Assembly (NCBI GenBank): GCA_963793425.1
Contig: CAWCAG010000007.1
Span: 448,001-512,000, forward strand
Source: an uncultured cyanobacterium
GTDB taxonomy: Bacteria > Cyanobacteriota > Cyanobacteriia > Cyanobacteriales > CAWCAG01
DNA length: 64,000 nt
Direction: 5' to 3'
Part shown: in pieces, positions 59,843-64,000 of the stretch
How the letters are laid out: each line of letters starts with the position of its first letter
How positions within the stretch are numbered: position 1 is the stretch's first letter
Notes under the pieces: model-generated
The model's input: the letters and a program-made list of their open reading frames with translations, nothing else
Database searches by the model: none
Told to the model about the DNA's origin: nothing
Position numbers and translations under genes: made by a program

Positions 59843-61489
59843 ATGAAAGTATCTCCTTCCCCAAGCTTAACCTTTGAAACTCATGATTTCTACAATCCAT
59901 CTCCAGAGAAAGTTGAACTTATTGAAAAGCTTTTAGCAATTAGCACAGCCCTTTCTAGCACCCATGAATTAGGAGAATTATTAAACCTGATTCTCTTTAA
60001 AATGCGAGAGATTACTTGGAGCGATGCAGGAAGTGTTTATTTAATTAATAAAAGCGATGCCATACCAAAATTGGTTTTTAAAGTAGCACAGAATGATTCT
60101 TTGGCTCAGGCTTCTTTCCGAGAATTTGCCATGCCCTTAACCATGCAAAGTTTAGCAGGTTATGTTGCCCTAACCGGAGAAAGCTTAAACATACCCGATG
60201 CCCATGACTTACCACCCCATGTACCTTATCAATTAGATAGTAGTTTTGATCGAGATTTTTCCTACTATACCCGTTCTGTATTAGTATTACCCATGCAAGA
60301 TCAAGACGGGGAAGTAATTGGTGTTGTACAACTGCTAAATCGTAAAGCTAAACATAATGCGATCATAACTCCAGAAAATGCAGCAACAGTTACTAAGCCT
60401 TATTCTGACAGGGAAGAACGAATTTTAAGTTCCCTTGCTTGCCAAGCTGCAATCTCCATTGAACGTAGCCTCTTGCAAGAAAGTATTGAAAATCTTTTTG
60501 AAGGCTTTGTAAAAGCTTCTATACAAGCGGTTGAAGCAAGAGATACAAGTACATTTGGGCATTCAGAAAGGGTAGCCGAATTATCTTTGCGTTTAAGCCA
60601 AGAAGTCAACAAAGTTGCTACAGGTTCCCTCGCAGAAATAACCTTTAGCGATCGCAAGCTACAAGAAATCCGCTATGCTGCCATTCTCCACGACTTTGGT
60701 AAAATAGCCGTACCAGAAGCCATCTTAAACAAAGCCCACAAACTTTATCCCCAGCAACTAGAATTAATTGGTCAGCGTTTCTCTCTAGCTAAACGTACTT
60801 TGGAGATGGAATATGCAGAAAAGAAAGTAGAATATCTTCTTGATAATTGTCCCCTCGTAGCAGAAGAATTTACGACTCAACTAACAGCTTGGCAACAACA
60901 ACTACAGCAAGAAATCGCTCAACTAGATCATTACTGGCAATTAATCAAAAATATCAACGAACCAGACAAACTTAAACAAAGAAAGTTCTCTGCCCTGTCC
61001 CCAGAAAATCTCCAGCAACTTACTAATATTTCTAACTATCAATATAAAGACATTGATGGTCATCTTAAACCTCTACTTACTGATTTAGAAGTAGAACAAT
61101 TAGTAGTGGCGAGGGGTAATTTAACCAGCAAAGAACGTTCCGCCATTGAAGCCCATGTTACCAATTCCTATGAATTTCTCAGGCGCATTCCTTGGACAAA
61201 GTACTTTCAAGATATTCCTGACATTGCCCATAGACACCACGAAAGACTAGACGGTACAGGCTATCCTCAAGGGTTAACGGAAAAAGATATTCCCCTTGAA
61301 ACTCAGATACTCTCCATCGCCGATGTTTTTGATGCCCTAACAGGAGATCGCCCTTATAAATCAGCTTTTCCGGTAGATGTTGCCCTGAAGATTTTACGCC
61401 AAGAAGCAGCTAGTTATCATCTTAATCCTCAGTTAGTTAAATTATTTGAAGAACGAAAAGTTTATCAAGTAGTAGGATTATCACTTTAA
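59843..61489 (+). CDS. GAF + HD-GYP phosphodiesterase
   Basis: GAF SLAGYVA...GVVQLLN; GHSERV, LHDFGK, HHERLDGTGYPQGL, ADVFDAL, RPYK. Confidence 0.92.
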   Translation: MKVSPSPSLTFETHDFYNPSPEKVELIEKLLAISTALSSTHELGELLNLILFKMREITWSDAGSVYLINKSDAIPKLVFKVAQNDSLAQASFREFAMPLTMQSLAGYVALTGESLNIPDAHDLPPHVPYQLDSSFDRDFSYYTRSVLVLPMQDQDGEVIGVVQLLNRKAKHNAIITPENAATVTKPYSDREERILSSLACQAAISIERSLLQESIENLFEGFVKASIQAVEARDTSTFGHSERVAELSLRLSQEVNKVATGSLAEITFSDRKLQEIRYAAILHDFGKIAVPEAILNKAHKLYPQQLELIGQRFSLAKRTLEMEYAEKKVEYLLDNCPLVAEEFTTQLTAWQQQLQQEIAQLDHYWQLIKNINEPDKLKQRKFSALSPENLQQLTNISNYQYKDIDGHLKPLLTDLEVEQLVVARGNLTSKERSAIEAHVTNSYEFLRRIPWTKYFQDIPDIAHRHHERLDGTGYPQGLTEKDIPLETQILSIADVFDALTGDRPYKSAFPVDVALKILRQEAASYHLNPQLVKLFEERKVYQVVGLSL

Positions 61490-61491
61490 AA

Positions 61492-62154
61492 ATGCTCTTT
61501 AAACCTAACCAACGCAACAAAATTGACAGCACAGATGATGGGGATTTTTACTCTGTACCTCGTTTCGTCACTCATGTAGATGATAACTTTATTGACCAAC
61601 TTACCAATCTTTACCAAGAAAGACTCCAACCCCATACCCGCATTCTCGATTTAATGAGTAGTTGGGTTTCTCATCTCCCTGAAGAGATGACATTTAGCCA
61701 TGTAGAAGGTCATGGTATGAACGAAGAAGAGTTAGCCAAAAACCCTCGCTTAGATCATTATTTTCTCCAAAACCTTAACAAAGAACCAAAATTACCTCTA
61801 CCAGATCAAGAATTTGATGCTGTCCTCAACACAGTTTCTATTCAATATCTACAATATCCTGAAGCTATTTTCTCAGAAATTTATCGCATCCTCAAACCAG
61901 GGGGAATTGCCATAATTAGCTTCTCCAATCGGATGTTTTACCAAAAAGCGATCACAGCTTGGCGAGATGGCACAGAAGCAAGTCGGGTTAAGTTAGTTAA
62001 GAGTTATTTTAACTCTGTTCCCGGCTTCAGCCGATCAGAAACAATTATTCGCCAAGGTAATGCTAACAATCTGCCCTCTTTTCTACAAATGTTAGGTATG
62101 GGAACTAGTGACCCTTTCTATGCTGTAGTTGCTGAACGATTAATAACTCAATAA
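61492..62154 (+). CDS. Class I SAM-dependent methyltransferase
   Basis: PRFVTHVD, ILDLMSSWVSHLP, LKPGG, FSNRMF. Confidence 0.88.
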   Translation: MLFKPNQRNKIDSTDDGDFYSVPRFVTHVDDNFIDQLTNLYQERLQPHTRILDLMSSWVSHLPEEMTFSHVEGHGMNEEELAKNPRLDHYFLQNLNKEPKLPLPDQEFDAVLNTVSIQYLQYPEAIFSEIYRILKPGGIAIISFSNRMFYQKAITAWRDGTEASRVKLVKSYFNSVPGFSRSETIIRQGNANNLPSFLQMLGMGTSDPFYAVVAERLITQ

Positions 62155-62163
62155 ATTGCTGTA

Positions 62164-62835
62164 ATGTTGATACAGAGAAAAACTTTACCACTAGAAAACG
62201 GTGATAGCCTTACCCGCAAAGCTTTTGAGCATCGTTACCGGGCTATGCCCCATGTAAGAAAAGCAGAACTTATTGAAGGAATTGTCTATATGGGTTCTCC
62301 TGTTAGAATCACTCATGGTACACCCCATGCAGTTATTATGGCTTGGTTAGGAATCTATTGGATGGCTACACCAGGAGTTCAAGTAGCTGATAACACAACT
62401 GTACGCCTAGATTTAGACAATGAACCACAACCAGATGGGTTATTGAGGGTTGAAGAAGGTGGACAATCAACGATTAGTGAAGATGGGTACATTGAAGGTG
62501 CGCCAGAGCTAATTGTGGAAATTGCTGCTAGTAGCGCTTCCTATGATTTAAGGGAGAAATTACAGGTTTATCGCCGTAACGGAGTACAAGAATATTTAAT
62601 CTGGCAAGTGTATGAAAATCGTTTCGACTGGTTTCAATGGCACTTAGGGGAGTATATAAGATTAGAACCTGACGGGGAGGGGATTATCAAGAGTCAGATG
62701 TTTCCAGGATTATGGCTGCCAGTAGAGGCGCTTTTGACAGGTAATCTAGCAGAATTAAGGCGCATTTTAACTTTGGGCTTAGCCACAGAAGAACACACCA
62801 TTTTCAGGCAAAGGCTAGTAGTGAGTCCAAATTAA
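62164..62835 (+). CDS. Uma2 family endonuclease-fold protein
   Basis: LENGDSL, KAELIEG, PQPD, GAPELIVEI, YRRNGVQEY. Confidence 0.92.
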   Translation: MLIQRKTLPLENGDSLTRKAFEHRYRAMPHVRKAELIEGIVYMGSPVRITHGTPHAVIMAWLGIYWMATPGVQVADNTTVRLDLDNEPQPDGLLRVEEGGQSTISEDGYIEGAPELIVEIAASSASYDLREKLQVYRRNGVQEYLIWQVYENRFDWFQWHLGEYIRLEPDGEGIIKSQMFPGLWLPVEALLTGNLAELRRILTLGLATEEHTIFRQRLVVSPN

Positions 62836-62868
62836 ATTTAGGGGTTAGTGTTTCAACTATCTTACTCA

Positions 62869-64000
62869 CTACGCAGCAGAAGAGAGAGATTGAGAATAAA
62901 CCACAGATTGGTAATAACTTTGTAGTTGTTTGGTTGCGGCAACCCAGCCCCAGCATTCTGCTTCTTGGCGGGCATTGGAACGCAAAGTTTCCCTTTCTTC
63001 TTTGGCTGCTAGCAGGCGCTTAGTGGCTTCAATTGCCCCTTGAGGGTCTGTTGGTTCAAAAAGGTAGCCATTCACCCCATCAGTAACGATATCGGGAATA
63101 CCACCGGAACGAGCAGCGACAACAGGGCAACCGGCGGCCATGGCTTCTAATAAAACCAAACCCAAAGTTTCTGTACGGGAAGGGAAGACAAAAGCATCAG
63201 CAGAAGCAAAAGCAGAAGCTAATTCTAATCCTTGTAGGTAGCCGACAAAATGGGTTTTTGTTCCCGCAAAATGGGTTGCTAAGGCTTCGCGATTTGGACC
63301 ATCTCCAACTATAGCTAAACGGGCGTTCGGAATAGATTCCAATACTGGCTTAATACGGTCAATTTCCTTTTCTGCTGACACCCTACCAACATACAATAAT
63401 AAAGGGTCTTCCGGATGACCTTGGCAAAGGCGTGATCGCATCTTAGCTGAGGCGAGATGGGGTTGAAACATTTCTGTATCAACTCCCTTTTGCCATAGGT
63501 CTACATTTTCAATATCATGGTCAACCAACTCCTGTACCATAGCCGTGGAAGTACATAAATTTAACTGGGCTTGGTTATGAATACCTTTGAGAAGTTCCCA
63601 CAAAAAACCTTCTAATGCCCCTAAGCCATAATGTTGTAGATATTGGGGCAGGTGAGTATGATAGGAAGCCACCAAAGGGAGATTGAGGGACTTAGCGTAG
63701 TAAATGCCCGAAATACCTAGAAAAGCAGGATTAACTACATGAATAATATCTGGTTCAAATTCTTGCAAAACTCCCCTAATTGTCGGCCTAGGAAAAGCCA
63801 ACTTCAACTCTGGATAAAGAGGAAGAGGCATAGCCGAAAGACCACAAATTTGTGCGCCTTTATATTCTGTCAAACCACCTTCAGGACAGACAACTAACAC
63901 TTGGTCGCCATTACGTTGCAAATGTTCTACAGTATGGCGCAAGCGAGTGACAATGCCATCAACTTTTGGTAAAAATGTTTCTGTAAATAGAGCAATACGC
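62869..64000 (-). CDS. sqdX: Sulfoquinovosyldiacylglycerol synthase (GT4); start codon cut by the window edge
   Basis: The frame extends to the edge as (M)RIALFTETFLPKVDGIVTRL; ASYHTHLPQYLQHYG and TETLGLVLLEAMA. Confidence 0.88.
   Translation of the reverse strand, partial: RIALFTETFLPKVDGIVTRLRHTVEHLQRNGDQVLVVCPEGGLTEYKGAQICGLSAMPLPLYPELKLAFPRPTIRGVLQEFEPDIIHVVNPAFLGISGIYYAKSLNLPLVASYHTHLPQYLQHYGLGALEGFLWELLKGIHNQAQLNLCTSTAMVQELVDHDIENVDLWQKGVDTEMFQPHLASAKMRSRLCQGHPEDPLLLYVGRVSAEKEIDRIKPVLESIPNARLAIVGDGPNREALATHFAGTKTHFVGYLQGLELASAFASADAFVFPSRTETLGLVLLEAMAAGCPVVAARSGGIPDIVTDGVNGYLFEPTDPQGAIEATKRLLAAKEERETLRSNARQEAECWGWVAATKQLQSYYQSVVYSQSLSSAA

Larger units (their letters stand above)
1..64000. 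repeat. HIP1 octamer GCGATCGC dispersed through the window
   Basis: Roughly two dozen copies seen by eye (for example 1212, 22853, 33207, 42486), far above chance for an AT-rich sequence. Confidence 0.92.

Overview
Low-GC cyanobacterial chromosome segment, judged from many HIP1 GCGATCGC octamers, an HLIP, phytochromes and sqdX. It is mostly core or soft-core genes: the metH 3' end, dps, lysS with a KTSC tail, hfq, dapF, queA, holA, cobH, sqdX and three tRNAs. Other content includes a general-stress gene cluster (about 1.4-14 kb), a HetZ-related regulator, a GT-C/GT2/GT-C glycosylation cluster, two convergent phytochrome kinases, three tandem amidases without signal peptides, three Uma2 genes and a GAF/HD-GYP protein. 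Mobile relics are an internally deleted IS605/TnpB element that keeps both ends and carries two small insertions, an internally deleted IS4 element with terminal inverted repeats, a REP-like doublet and short dispersed repeats. Four genes are split by single-base indels in homopolymer runs, most likely sequencing errors. The best leads are a pseudo-aspartyl-protease/membrane-domain fusion, a candidate RpaB-controlled sRNA with competing hairpins, the mini-IS605 omegaRNA-region insertions, the amidase triplet, an HTH protein fused to a phage-like domain, and a NucS-like protein with an apparent catalytic D-to-N change. No CRISPR array, rRNA or intact prophage was seen. All calls come from motif recognition by eye; no searches were run.
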